Assembly (NCBI GenBank): GCA_043732305.1
Contig: JAYTHU010000231.1
Coordinates: 1-64,000, forward strand
DNA from: Oligoflexia bacterium
GTDB taxonomy: Bacteria > Bdellovibrionota > Bdellovibrionia > JABDDW01
DNA: 64,000 bases
Direction of reading: 5' to 3'
Position numbers and translations under genes: made by a program. The notes under the pieces are model-generated. The model was given only the letters and a program-made list of their open reading frames with translations. It ran no database searches and was not told the DNA's origin. This document shows positions 43,001 through 51,878 of this stretch, in pieces. Every line of letters starts with the position of its first letter. Within the stretch, counting starts at the first letter, position 1.

Positions 43001-43908
43001 AGAATATTTCCTTCTAAATCTTGGAACGTGATGGCATCGTTAGAATCCTGAATAACTGTAGCCATACGGCGAAACTTTTCAAGCGCGCCCATTCGCTCTG
43101 AGATATCGCGCTCAGTTGTTGCAATACCAGTGAGTTTTCCTTTGTCATCAGTGAGCTTCGTATTAGTCAACCAAACGTCGACAATTCTACCGTCTTTAGT
43201 TTTTCTCTTCGTTTCAAGCGTCGGCACAAGTTCGCCCCGTTTGAGGGAAGACAAAAATTCGCGAGCTTCTTCCTGATACTCTTTTGGCACGGTATCGACA
43301 ATATTCATACGAAGCGCTTCAGCTTCGGAATAACCGTAAATTTGTTCTGCACCGCGGTTCCAAGCAAGAATGTTGCCTTCTAAATCTTGAAAGGTAATGG
43401 CATCGTTAGAATCCTGGATAACTGTAGCCATACGGCGAAATTTTTCTAAAGTTCTTGTTTGCTCGGTGACATCGCGTCCGGTCGTAGCCACACCAGTCAG
43501 CTTGCCTTGGTCATCGACGAGCTTAGTGTTGGCTAGCCAAACGTCAATGATTCGGCCGTCTTTGGTTTTTCGTTTGGTCTCAAGTGATGAGACAAGCTCG
43601 CCCGAATTTAATTTGGCGATAAAGTTCATCGCTTCTGATTGATGCGACTCAGGAACAGTATCAACAATATTCATTTGCAGAGCTTCAGATTCGGAATAGC
43701 CGTAAATGATCTCGGCACCGCGATTCCAAGCGAGAATTCGACCTTCTAAATCCTGAATTGTGATGGCATCGTTAGAATCCTGAATGACCGTGGCCATACG
43801 GCGGAAGCGTTCTTCATTGCTACCGATTTGGGCGTCCATCAAAGGAGGCGGCGAAAAAGATTTAGATCTCACCTTCTTTTTCAAGGAAGAATCCTTCATT
43901 TTTTTCAT
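40060..43908 (-). CDS. Cytoplasmic hybrid histidine kinase (3xPAS-GAF-HisKA-HATPase-3xREC)
   Basis: Three 122-aa PAS repeats, GAF (GEGLVGQ), MSHELRTPLN, GGTGLGL, three receiver domains. Confidence 0.93.
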   Translation of the reverse strand: MKKMKDSSLKKKVRSKSFSPPPLMDAQIGSNEERFRRMATVIQDSNDAITIQDLEGRILAWNRGAEIIYGYSESEALQMNIVDTVPESHQSEAMNFIAKLNSGELVSSLETKRKTKDGRIIDVWLANTKLVDDQGKLTGVATTGRDVTEQTRTLEKFRRMATVIQDSNDAITFQDLEGNILAWNRGAEQIYGYSEAEALRMNIVDTVPKEYQEEAREFLSSLKRGELVPTLETKRKTKDGRIVDVWLTNTKLTDDKGKLTGIATTERDISERMGALEKFRRMATVIQDSNDAITFQDLEGNILAWNKAAEIIYGYSQAEALSMNIVDTVPKEYQEEARGFLASLKRGELLPNLETKRKHRDGRIIDVWLTNTKLTDEKGKLTGIATTERDITERKQSEVSLKEKLRELDYLREGQIALSEKMRGEQIISRLGQSILSHLVPFTNAQIGAFYLVTDDKKLQMVSGHALAKTKSAERIIEFGEGLVGQVAIEKKSLLIEEMPSDYFSKIESGLGELRPRSILICPILYENEVTGVIELGSLHTFTEHQRAFLSHVSENIGIAINTSDVRKKVQKQNEALNKAQVLLEEKANEVQRASEYKSEFLANMSHELRTPLNSSLILAKLLMDNTSDNLTDEQIQFATSIYSSGNDLLNLINDILDLSKVEAGKLDIRVEKVVIIKVIEGLKHTFQSLAREKNLIFEVSYEVDVPQSFLTDRQRLDQILKNLISNALKFTEKGSVKIRLYNHSDGSIAFEVSDSGIGIPREQQAIIFEAFRQADGTTNRKYGGTGLGLSISRDLAKLLGGSIEVESAAGQGSRFTLILPKAMSESFTMAESAPEVAFRKNPINHRNFEKAIPWAPLPFEDDRANLRAPGRTILVIEDDTKFAKILLDVAHEFKYKCIVAQGADEGFELALEYNPDAIILDMILPDHLGLTVLDRLKENTLTRHIPVQVMSIEDYSNASLQMGAIGFIFKPVEYDEIKSAFDRFDAKFSQKINRVLVVENDELQRTSICQLISDESTEIFMASSAREALEQLKKNSFDCMIMDLKLPDFPGDELLERMAREKILSCPPVIVYTGSDLSLAQQDKLKKLSRSIIIKGARSPERLLDEVSLILHSVESKMTQIQKKMLKTVRNHEQVFKGKKILLVDDDIRNIFALTSVLEQKGATVFVGRNGQEALDRLDEDPLIDLVLMDIMMPEMDGYEATKRIRKQKRFANLPIIAVTAKAMKDDLEKCLEAGTNDYVSKPVDLEKLLSLIRVWALKRNIPDSETPLSAFSVVNTDATN
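42709..43806 (-). repeat. Three tandem 366-bp PAS-coding repeats
   Basis: FRRMATVIQDSNDAIT recurs with exact 366-nt spacing; the DNA block ggcatcgttagaatcctg is shared by all copies. Confidence 0.9.
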
Positions 43909-44034
43909 CTGAGCCTTTCAGATATCTCGTTTATTGATTGAGTTATTTGTTTGGTTATTGTGCACCCTACTCTTAAAATAACGGGTGTCAATCACCATAG
44001 GCGTGATGGATTTATAACGAGCAAAGGTCTGTAT

Positions 44035-44544
44035 TTATTGCTCTAGATTTGATTGAAGGCTTAGATAGACGTCAGAATCACCGCTCTTGCTGCCTAATAA
44101 AACGCCGGCAGCTTCGCACTTGAATTGACCTGAAGTTAATTTAGAAGACGAAACACATGGGCCAAAAATTTCTCTGAGTTGAGCGAGTGTTGTTTTTTTA
44201 GAAAATTTATGTCCATGATAAGTGAGAGCGCGATCAAAGTTTGGAAGTGGAACAGAAACACTACTCACCACATTAGCAAAAAGACTAAATGACAATCCAT
44301 CGAGAGTACCAAGAACTTCGCTATCGCTCTCGGCGTCAATCTTGGCACCCAAGTCTAACAACTGCTTTCTTGAATCTCCCAGCGAAACTCTTCCAACTGA
44401 TTTCTGAGCCACAATTTCTACGATCAAATTCTGATCAATGCTTTGACGAACGTTTAATGCTTCCGTGTCTTTTCGAACCGGAAGATCGCAACCAGCGATG
44501 ATAAACCCACTAAGAACTATAAGAGTGACAAATAAATTAAACAT
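44035..44544 (-). CDS. Hypothetical lipoprotein
   Basis: Lipobox IAGC after a hydrophobic N-terminus. Confidence 0.6.
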   Translation of the reverse strand: MFNLFVTLIVLSGFIIAGCDLPVRKDTEALNVRQSIDQNLIVEIVAQKSVGRVSLGDSRKQLLDLGAKIDAESDSEVLGTLDGLSFSLFANVVSSVSVPLPNFDRALTYHGHKFSKKTTLAQLREIFGPCVSSSKLTSGQFKCEAAGVLLGSKSGDSDVYLSLQSNLEQ

Positions 44545-44593
44545 TCTAGCCGCACACTAGCACCCAAGAGGCCTTCGCTCAAGACAGAAACTA

Positions 44594-44622
44594 TTGCATC
44601 GCGCATGTTAACGCACTATTCT
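44594..44622 (+). promoter_or_regulatory. sigma70 promoter, likely giving a leaderless dus mRNA
   Basis: TTGCAT-N17-TATTCT, 6 nt before in-frame GTG 44629; no SD. Confidence 0.55.
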
Positions 44623-44628
44623 TTGACC

Positions 44629-45588
44629 GTGGAAAACATACCTATTAAATTGCATTTGGCTCCCATGGAAGGCGTGATGGACTTCGTTTTCCGGGATTTG
44701 GTCTCGGGGCTGGGCGGTCTTGATCTTTGCACCACCGAATTCATTCGAGTAACAACTGAACTTGTGCCAGATCACGTCTTTTTCAGGACCGCTCCCGAAC
44801 TCAAAATGAATTCTCAAACTCGCTCTCAAACACCACTGGCCGTGCAACTTCTAGGTGGAAAGCCTGAACCGATGGCCAGAAACGCATTACGGCTGAGTCA
44901 ATTAGGAGCTGGTCAGATAGATTTAAATTTTGGTTGTCCTGCAAAAACCGTTAATAAAAATGATGGAGGCGCATGTTTGCTCAAGACTCCTGAAAGACTT
45001 TTTGAAGTGGTAAGCGCTGTCCGCAAGGCAGTGCCCCCACATATTCCTGTCACAGCTAAAATGCGATTAGGATACAGTTCGCCCGCACTCTGTGTGGAGA
45101 ATGCTCTGGCGCTCCAAGAAGCTGGCGCGGCCAAAGTAACTGTTCATGCGCGCACCAAGGAAGACGGATACAAACCTCCGGCCCATTGGGAATATCTGTC
45201 TCGAATAAAAGAACGCATCTCAGTTCCACTTATTGCAAACGGTGACATTTGGAATTACGAAGATCTTTTGCGTTGTCAGACTATGACGGGATGTTCAGAA
45301 TTTATGATTGGACGGGGAGCTCTTAAAAACCCATTTATATTTTCAGAAATTAAATCTCGATTGCAAACCCATTCAAACGAAATTGAAACACCTTGGGCAG
45401 AACAATTTAAACTTTTATATTCTTTTTTCGAGGCAAATGAAACCTATTCGTCTGCGGCTTTTGCACAGTCTCGTTCAAAACAATTTTTAAGATATTTGTC
45501 AGAAAAACATGAGCCCGCAAAAGAGATTTTTGACCGAGTAAAAATAATCAATGATCCAACTCAATTCAAACAGGCTTTACGCAACTAG
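44629..45588 (+). CDS. tRNA-dihydrouridine synthase (DusC-like)
   Basis: LAPMEGV.D, TEFIRV, IDLNFGCP, AKMRLG, VHART..GY.PPA.W, NGDI, MIGRG. Confidence 0.9.
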   Translation: MENIPIKLHLAPMEGVMDFVFRDLVSGLGGLDLCTTEFIRVTTELVPDHVFFRTAPELKMNSQTRSQTPLAVQLLGGKPEPMARNALRLSQLGAGQIDLNFGCPAKTVNKNDGGACLLKTPERLFEVVSAVRKAVPPHIPVTAKMRLGYSSPALCVENALALQEAGAAKVTVHARTKEDGYKPPAHWEYLSRIKERISVPLIANGDIWNYEDLLRCQTMTGCSEFMIGRGALKNPFIFSEIKSRLQTHSNEIETPWAEQFKLLYSFFEANETYSSAAFAQSRSKQFLRYLSEKHEPAKEIFDRVKIINDPTQFKQALRN

Positions 45589-46005
45589 CACAGCCTCATG
45601 CTCAGTGATAATTTCTACAGAGAAATTAAAAATTTCCATGATCAATAAAGGTTTTCGGGCATAACCCACGACTCCGTAAAGCGAAGCTCTTCGAACGGCA
45701 AAGTCACTAAGACCAGTAGACATAAGCAACATCGGTACTTTATGCCCATCTAACGTGTCCTGAAGCTTTCGAAGCACATCGAAACCAAAGGTTCCCGGAA
45801 GTTTCACATCTGTCACAATGAGAGCAGGAATATTTCCACTGGACACTAGCCCAGTTAAAATTGAAGAACCTTTTCCAATGTGTCCCGCCACGTAAACTTT
45901 GGCACCACTTGCTTCAAAAACCTTCTTCAAAGAGTCACGAGTGATCTCATTATCATCCAGAATCAAAATAGTTTTATTTTTTAGATCAATATTATCTTTA
46001 TCCAC
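45577..46005 (-). CDS. Single-domain response regulator (CheY-like)
   Basis: ILILDD, IVTDVKLP, MST, YARKP; start estimated at GTG 46005. Confidence 0.8.
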   Translation of the reverse strand: MDKDNIDLKNKTILILDDNEITRDSLKKVFEASGAKVYVAGHIGKGSSILTGLVSSGNIPALIVTDVKLPGTFGFDVLRKLQDTLDGHKVPMLLMSTGLSDFAVRRASLYGVVGYARKPLLIMEIFNFSVEIITEHEAVLVA

Positions 46006-46041
46006 ATCATAATTATCGGCAATCTGTCCGATAAATGAAGT

Positions 46042-47961
46042 ATGGAAAACTATTTTCACATTCTTAGAGTAGCAGGACTTATTAGCTCGATTGTATTTTT
46101 CTACTGGATCGCAAGAAACAGTATTTCGATTGCTGAAAAGCAAGAAGATGATTTAGACCATGGCCTAGTCGACAAAAATTTACTCGAACAAAGTGTCAAA
46201 GCCTTCGGACGCAACACCAGTTCCATCGTTCATTTTTATGGAGAACTCTCATATTTCACTCCTTTCAGCGAGGAAGAAGCGAAGGACCCAAGATCTTTGA
46301 TCGGCTACATATCTGGCTCAAAAAATAACATCATGATCACGGACCCACTTTGTGATCAGAAGGACGCAAAAGCATCGATAGTCGCTTTCACAAAATTCAC
46401 ACAAGCGCGCGGAAAAACAAGTTTGCTTTTTCCAATCGACATGGTCACGGCAAGACAAGCCGCTGAAATTGGTTACGGGATTTTACAAGTAGGAAAAGAA
46501 CCTGTCTTCGATTTAAAAAGTTACTCCATCGATACCATCGAAAGAAAAGTTCAATCCGCAATCAGACAAGTTTACAACAAAGGAATTATTATTGAACATC
46601 TCACTTTCAAAGAAATTCAGGAGCGCGGATACGAAATAGAATTAGGTCTTGTCCTAGATGAATGGCTTCTCAGTCGGCGCAGCGAGAAAATGGAACTTCT
46701 TCTTGAAGTGAGTCCTTTCAAATATGCCGAAGAAAAAAAATATTTTATTGCTCGATCTCAAAATCAGATAGAAGCCTTTCTTTCTTGCTCACCTATTTTC
46801 CCCCGAAAAGGCTTTTTCATTCACGATCTTATTCGACGCCCCACGGCCATGAACGGGATCGCCGAAGCACTGAACACGGCGGCGCTCAATCAATTCAAAT
46901 CAGATGGCTATGAGTTTGCAAGCTTAGGCACGGCACCTCTGGCAGGTCTTGATCAAAAAGGCGCAAATTCAAATTATAAAATTTTAAACAAAATTCTTGT
47001 GCATATTTTTAATTCTCATAAAATGTTTATGCAGTTTAAATCATTATACAGCTTTAAGAAAAAATTCAAACCTACAGCAGAAGAACCTACATATTTAGCT
47101 TTCTATCCACCAAGCCTCAAAATGCGGGATGCTCTGACAGTCATTGGACTTTTTAGTAGTCAAGGCCCAGTGGGAAATATTGTATTTAAAATCAAACGAT
47201 GGTTAGACGGAGAGCAATTGCCCCGTCCTCTCATTTCGCTGGTTTCTCCTGACGTGGCGACACTTGCCAGACCAGTGCCTTTCTCGTTTTACGAATTTAT
47301 TTCCAGATTGAAATTTACTTTTCTAATGTTTGCGATGAACGTTTATACCTACGCCACCACCACGGATATGTTTGGCGAAATCAACCGCCAAACAGTTCAT
47401 GATTACGCATTTAGTTACGGCGATTTTTTTGCTCACAAATGGTTTGTTCTTTTCACCTCAAACTTCTTACATTTCAGCTACGCTCATCTCCTCATTAATA
47501 TGACAATGCTTTTCTTTTTCTGCGGAACACTGGAATTTATTGGGGGCAGTAAAGTGGCCTTTGCTAGTTTTGTAATCAGTATGAACGCGAATATTCCTTC
47601 GGCGATGGTTATTTTGCCGATCCTCAAAATGATTAACGTGAGCGCCTGGCAGCACGTGTTTTCTTACACGGATGTTGGAGCGTCACTAGGAATTATGGGA
47701 TGCTTCGGAGCTCTCATTCAGTTTTTTAAGAATAAAAGGCAAGTGTTAGTACTGGCATGTCTTATTTCGATGGGTTTTTGCGTGGTTAACAAAGAGTGGT
47801 TCGGAATCGATCATACCTTTGCAATTCTCACCGGGTATTTTACGGGCTACCTTTACCTGCATCGAAGATATCAGCTTCGAGGCTTTCAAAGGTTTTTTGC
47901 TTCTCCCGCTCATCCAGGCCAACAAAATTCTCCGATACCTTTCCGGAAGATTTCCCGTTAG
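46042..47961 (+). CDS. DUF2156/MprF-type aminoacyltransferase domain fused to a C-terminal rhomboid-like domain
   Basis: TDPLC, G.EP.FDL, DLIRR..A.NG..E.L, SLG.APLAG, SLY.FKKKF.P (aaPG-synthase-like), then SNFLH.S..HL..NM, DVGAS and DH (rhomboid-like). Confidence 0.8.
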   Translation: MENYFHILRVAGLISSIVFFYWIARNSISIAEKQEDDLDHGLVDKNLLEQSVKAFGRNTSSIVHFYGELSYFTPFSEEEAKDPRSLIGYISGSKNNIMITDPLCDQKDAKASIVAFTKFTQARGKTSLLFPIDMVTARQAAEIGYGILQVGKEPVFDLKSYSIDTIERKVQSAIRQVYNKGIIIEHLTFKEIQERGYEIELGLVLDEWLLSRRSEKMELLLEVSPFKYAEEKKYFIARSQNQIEAFLSCSPIFPRKGFFIHDLIRRPTAMNGIAEALNTAALNQFKSDGYEFASLGTAPLAGLDQKGANSNYKILNKILVHIFNSHKMFMQFKSLYSFKKKFKPTAEEPTYLAFYPPSLKMRDALTVIGLFSSQGPVGNIVFKIKRWLDGEQLPRPLISLVSPDVATLARPVPFSFYEFISRLKFTFLMFAMNVYTYATTTDMFGEINRQTVHDYAFSYGDFFAHKWFVLFTSNFLHFSYAHLLINMTMLFFFCGTLEFIGGSKVAFASFVISMNANIPSAMVILPILKMINVSAWQHVFSYTDVGASLGIMGCFGALIQFFKNKRQVLVLACLISMGFCVVNKEWFGIDHTFAILTGYFTGYLYLHRRYQLRGFQRFFASPAHPGQQNSPIPFRKISR

Positions 47962-48616
47962 TTTTTTCAGCTTCGGTTTTCATGGTAAGAGTGGTTTTTT
48001 TTGTATTCTCAAAAGTTGTTTCCCAGATCTTGTTCTTAAAAAATGTTCCGGCCATTCCCCACTTTGCATTGAAAAAGTCAACTGAAAGATATTTAGTGGC
48101 GCCATCTTTTTCTTGTAAAAAAATGAAACCATTGGCATCCAAAACATCTTCGCTCTTTTTTAAATTATAGGTCAATATCCCTTTTGTTTTAGTGATTTCA
48201 GACACAGTTTGGGTAGTTTCATACACTGTGTGTGTTCCCATAGGCCCACTAAACTTCCAATGAATATCAAAACTATTGGGAACAATATTTTCAAAAGAAA
48301 CTTCATCTAAACCTAGATAGGCATTTTTATAGGAAGCAATGTCCCGGAGGACTTTAAGTACGATTGATAATTTCGCGGAGAAAGTTGTTTTTGCCATTAC
48401 TCCGACATACGTGCTGTCTTCCGGCGTGTTTATCGTTTGAATTTTTAATTCGTCAGTTCCCTCGGGAACGTTTAATTCTGTGGCTAAAAGCATCCAAGTT
48501 TTTTTATATTCGGCGATCTTAGTCGCATACTTTCCAGGAGATTTTTCAGACGCGTTCAAATATGGCGGTAACAACAAAATTAGAAAAATAATTATTGAAA
48601 ATGTAACTCTCACCAT
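47840..48616 (-). CDS. Exported protein, possibly START/SRPBCC-like
   Basis: Signal peptide, overlaps the stop of the lgt-like gene; VL.DI.SY pattern, beta-rich core and C-terminal helix suggest a START fold. Confidence 0.5.
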   Translation of the reverse strand: MVRVTFSIIIFLILLLPPYLNASEKSPGKYATKIAEYKKTWMLLATELNVPEGTDELKIQTINTPEDSTYVGVMAKTTFSAKLSIVLKVLRDIASYKNAYLGLDEVSFENIVPNSFDIHWKFSGPMGTHTVYETTQTVSEITKTKGILTYNLKKSEDVLDANGFIFLQEKDGATKYLSVDFFNAKWGMAGTFFKNKIWETTFENTKKTTLTMKTEAEKTNGKSSGKVSENFVGLDEREKQKTFESLEADIFDAGKGSP

Positions 48617-49458
48617 ACTTTGCCTCTTTGAAGTTTGGTTTGACGAATAAACGAAATATAAAAAGCCAAACTCGCCAAACAAAGTGTGACAATCTGTCTG
48701 AAAGAAAATATCCCAATCATGTTTTCAGCTTGAATTTCAAAATCACGAAATAGCGAAGCGACAATATCTCCCAAAACGGCGTAACCCAAAAGGAAAAGAC
48801 AAGTCATGCGTCCACGATGAGAAAATTGCTTCTTATTTGCAATAAGAATTATTTGTAGCAACAGCCCTTCTGCCAAGGCTTGATACAAACGCAACGGATG
48901 CCGGGGGATATCACCATATCCGGGGAATATGACTCCGTAGACAATATTTGTCGGGCGCCCCGGGGTTGATATGGTCATGAATTCCGAAATGCGAACTAGG
49001 AAAATAAAAGTTGGCGTTATAAATGACAAAATATCCATCAACTTCAAAGTGTTCAATTTTAAACGGTTAGCAATAAACGCGGTAGTAAGAAAAGCTCCGA
49101 TAACTGCACAGCTAGATGACAAACCATCACCGAGCGCGTAAATAATCCAAAATGGATTTGCTTGGAATGATGCTTTTTCGAAATTCAAAGCAACGTACCC
49201 GATTCGGCCACCAACTTGCCAACCAAGTGCGGCCCATAGAACAATTTTATTTACCGCTTTGGGATAGTCAATGAACTTAGAATTTTCTTTATCATAAATC
49301 GAAAAGTTGCCGGTGCGGAAAGAAGCCGTGACCAATCTGTGAATGATATAAAGTCCAAAAATGAAAAAAATCCAATACACGCTGAGAACGTGCCCGGCCA
49401 CAGATGGACCAGACAGTTGGATACTTCTGTAATCAATCATCAAATATTTTCCAATCAA
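48610..49458 (-). CDS. Lgt-like membrane protein with degenerate catalytic motifs
   Basis: GGRIGYV, D.L.F.TP...LVRI..F...GRPT, G.IFP...PRHP..LY; the expected SFHGG and RF..EFFR motifs read SSSCA and GDIVASLFR. Confidence 0.75.
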   Translation of the reverse strand: MIGKYLMIDYRSIQLSGPSVAGHVLSVYWIFFIFGLYIIHRLVTASFRTGNFSIYDKENSKFIDYPKAVNKIVLWAALGWQVGGRIGYVALNFEKASFQANPFWIIYALGDGLSSSCAVIGAFLTTAFIANRLKLNTLKLMDILSFITPTFIFLVRISEFMTISTPGRPTNIVYGVIFPGYGDIPRHPLRLYQALAEGLLLQIILIANKKQFSHRGRMTCLFLLGYAVLGDIVASLFRDFEIQAENMIGIFSFRQIVTLCLASLAFYISFIRQTKLQRGKVW

Positions 49459-49652
49459 TATAGTGTTCTATTTATGATAAACCCCAGCTTGGACATTTGA
49501 AAGAAATTAGAAATCTCAAGATAAAGGTCTAGGTAAACATAATGAACTGTAAGAAAACCATGAGTCTAGTGCTTGCTCCCCCGAGCCTTGGGTGCGGGAC
49601 CACGCCAGTCGAAGCGGGAGGAATGTTATTCGTGTTTCTTTCTGCTATAAAA

Positions 49653-50174
49653 TTACCGCTGAGAATTCAACTGTTCTAGATTTAGAAGAAAAGATTTTAC
49701 CTTGAGACCGCCTGCAAATCCTGTTAGAGCACCACTCGCTCCTATCACGCGATGACATGCCGCTACTATAGAAACCGGATTTCTACCGTTTGCTGCTCCA
49801 ACAGCCCTATAGGCTTTAGGTCGCTTTATTTTTTTCGCAATCTGACCATAGGTTCGGGTTTCTCCATATGGTATTGCGAGCAGTTCCTGCCAGACATTTT
49901 TCTGAAAATCTGTGCCCTTAAAATCAAGTTTTAAATCAAAACTTTTGCGCGTTCCTAGAAAGTATTCGCTCAACTGTTTTTCTGCACTAAGCAGATGGGT
50001 ATTTTTGCTATTTTCAATTTGGAGACCAAGAGAAATTCTTTTTGGATCGTCATTTTCCCAAAGAACAGCCACCAAACCTTTAGAACTCGCAACAAGTTTT
50101 AATTCGCCCACCGGAGATGCGAAAGTCTTAAAATAATATTCCTGCTTTTTTTCATTACTTTTCAATTTCATCAA
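49653..50174 (-). CDS. ogt: Methylated-DNA--protein-cysteine methyltransferase
   Basis: SPVG.L, GT.FQ..VW..L..IPYGET.TY, RAVG.ANG.NP, CHRVIG, GFAGG...K..LL..E. Confidence 0.93.
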   Translation of the reverse strand: MMKLKSNEKKQEYYFKTFASPVGELKLVASSKGLVAVLWENDDPKRISLGLQIENSKNTHLLSAEKQLSEYFLGTRKSFDLKLDFKGTDFQKNVWQELLAIPYGETRTYGQIAKKIKRPKAYRAVGAANGRNPVSIVAACHRVIGASGALTGFAGGLKVKSFLLNLEQLNSQR

Positions 50175-50236
50175 ATACTTATAACTAAAATAATAAATAT
50201 AAACTAGCCAATTTCGGATGTGATCAAATCATCAAG

Positions 50237-50767
50237 CTATAGTGACTTTTCGAATCTCACCGTGTTCCGCAAATGCCCTTTTTGAATTTTATCACCAGGC
50301 AGAAGCCCAACTTGATTCATCTTAAGTTTTTCCATTATTCTTATAGAGGCTAAATTTCTCGCGGCACAAGTAGCCTAAATTACTCGAAGTTTTAGATTAT
50401 CGAATCCAAATCTCATTAATCTTTCGGATGCTTCGGTAGCCAACCCACGTTTTTGAAATTCTGGGTTTATCATCCATCCTAAGCTTGCGATGCAACTTGA
50501 CTGAGACTCCCTTCGAATGCCACACCCGCCTACGAGTGCCCCAGTCTCTTTCAAACAAATCGCAGCATCAAACTTGTAACGCTCTCGGTCTTCTGACTGT
50601 GCGGCCATTTCTAAAACAAATTTTTTGGTGTCTTTCATTGTATTTGGGCCCCAAAGTTCAAATTGCGAGAATTCCTTTATAGATGTGTAAATGTGGACTC
50701 GCTCAATATCACCTCGGTGATAGTCCCTGATTATTAGACGGTCCGTTTCCGATTTAATTTGAGTCAC
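50237..50767 (-). pseudogene. RimJ/RimL-type GNAT acetyltransferase with an in-frame TAG
   Basis: ETDRLIIR, Q.RG.ATEA; after the TAG at 50375-50377 the frame continues ATCAARNLASIRIMEKLKM... to a stop at 50237. Confidence 0.8.
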
Positions 50768-51052
50768 ACTGTCACCTTATGTAGAATCGTAGTGAGTAAA
50801 AAATTCGCCTCATGACGGAAACTCGATGAGATATGACTAGTCCTAAAATGTTTTCGCGTTTCACGGGAATATCCACGCTCATATATTTGTACGAACTAGT
50901 CAAAATAATGTCCGCTCTTAACTGTTGGTGCAGAAGAATAGTTTACGCCATCATCTTTCATTAGCACTAAAATTTTCTCTAACCCACCACACGGGCCGAA
51001 GGCCCTTGATATTTTGGTAAATTTACCGATAATCAGTAGAGGAGGGCATTTC

Positions 51053-51580
51053 TTGATTGGACGTATGCGCGGCTTTACACTCATTGAACTTATGATAGTT
51101 ATTTCCATTATGGGAGTGCTTACGGCTGTCGCCGTTCCCAACTATGTAAGATATGTCAACAAATCGAAACAAAATGAAGCAAAAGTCAACCTTGAATCAC
51201 TTTACGCAGCAGAGAAATCATTTTACTTTAATCATCTATTTTATTCTCCTCGATTTGATGCAGTCGGCTTCAAGCCAGCAGGCTCTTTGAATTATCACAC
51301 TGGGTTTGCAGCGGATTCGAACTCGGGATTCGGCACTGCCGGTTGCATCGACACGAGCTTGGGCACTTGTACAGGATCGGTATGGACGGAAGCCCTTCCT
51401 GCTCAGGTGGCCGGCACTATTGGAGCCTCAAATATTGTTACCACTGGTGCTTTGAATTCATTTTCCGCAGAGGCACGTGGCAAAATTAATGGAGCTATAG
51501 TGGATATTTGGAATATTCGTGACACTATCGATCCGACAACTAAAGCCCCACTAGTAAATACAAATCCCGGTGTTGATTAA
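51053..51580 (+). CDS. Type IV pilin (PilA-like)
   Basis: Prepilin site RG|FTLIELMIV...AVAVPNY, EAK.NL..LY.AEK.F; AGGAGG RBS before TTG 51053. Confidence 0.9.
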   Translation: MIGRMRGFTLIELMIVISIMGVLTAVAVPNYVRYVNKSKQNEAKVNLESLYAAEKSFYFNHLFYSPRFDAVGFKPAGSLNYHTGFAADSNSGFGTAGCIDTSLGTCTGSVWTEALPAQVAGTIGASNIVTTGALNSFSAEARGKINGAIVDIWNIRDTIDPTTKAPLVNTNPGVD

Positions 51581-51878
51581 TACTGACCAACAACTTTCGT
51601 TTTATTTTTATGGCTATACGATTTTCTTGAATAATAAGAGATCTGACAACGGTCAGATATTTGAATGGTTGAAAGAACACTTTGGTTATTCTATTTCGAC
51701 CTCCCTACTTAACGCCATTCCGATAGTTTGCTCTACGAAATTCTTTAGCAAGAAATTTTGCCCCTCCGCAAATTTTTAAGCAGCTTTGCGCCTAAAATTT
51801 GCGCCAAATCTATTCAGAATATTTATGGGCTGGCACCCTTTTTGAATTACAGAGGGAAAAAGAAAGGAAGCAGACAAC

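Noticed and set aside
42709..43806. Periodic DNA repeats as a possible CRISPR array or mobile element
   Set aside because: The period is 366 nt and in frame, encoding PAS domains. No CRISPR-like repeat-spacer array was seen anywhere in the window.
49560..49640. GC-rich intergenic patch as a possible ncRNA or riboswitch
   Set aside because: Only short, weak stems and no recognisable motif.
50375..50377. In-frame TAG as evidence of stop-codon reassignment or pyrrolysine
   Set aside because: TAG terminates other intact genes in the window, and no pyl genes or suppressor tRNA were seen.
51570..51779. 69-aa ORF after the pilin
   Set aside because: No RBS or motif; the region looks intergenic/regulatory.
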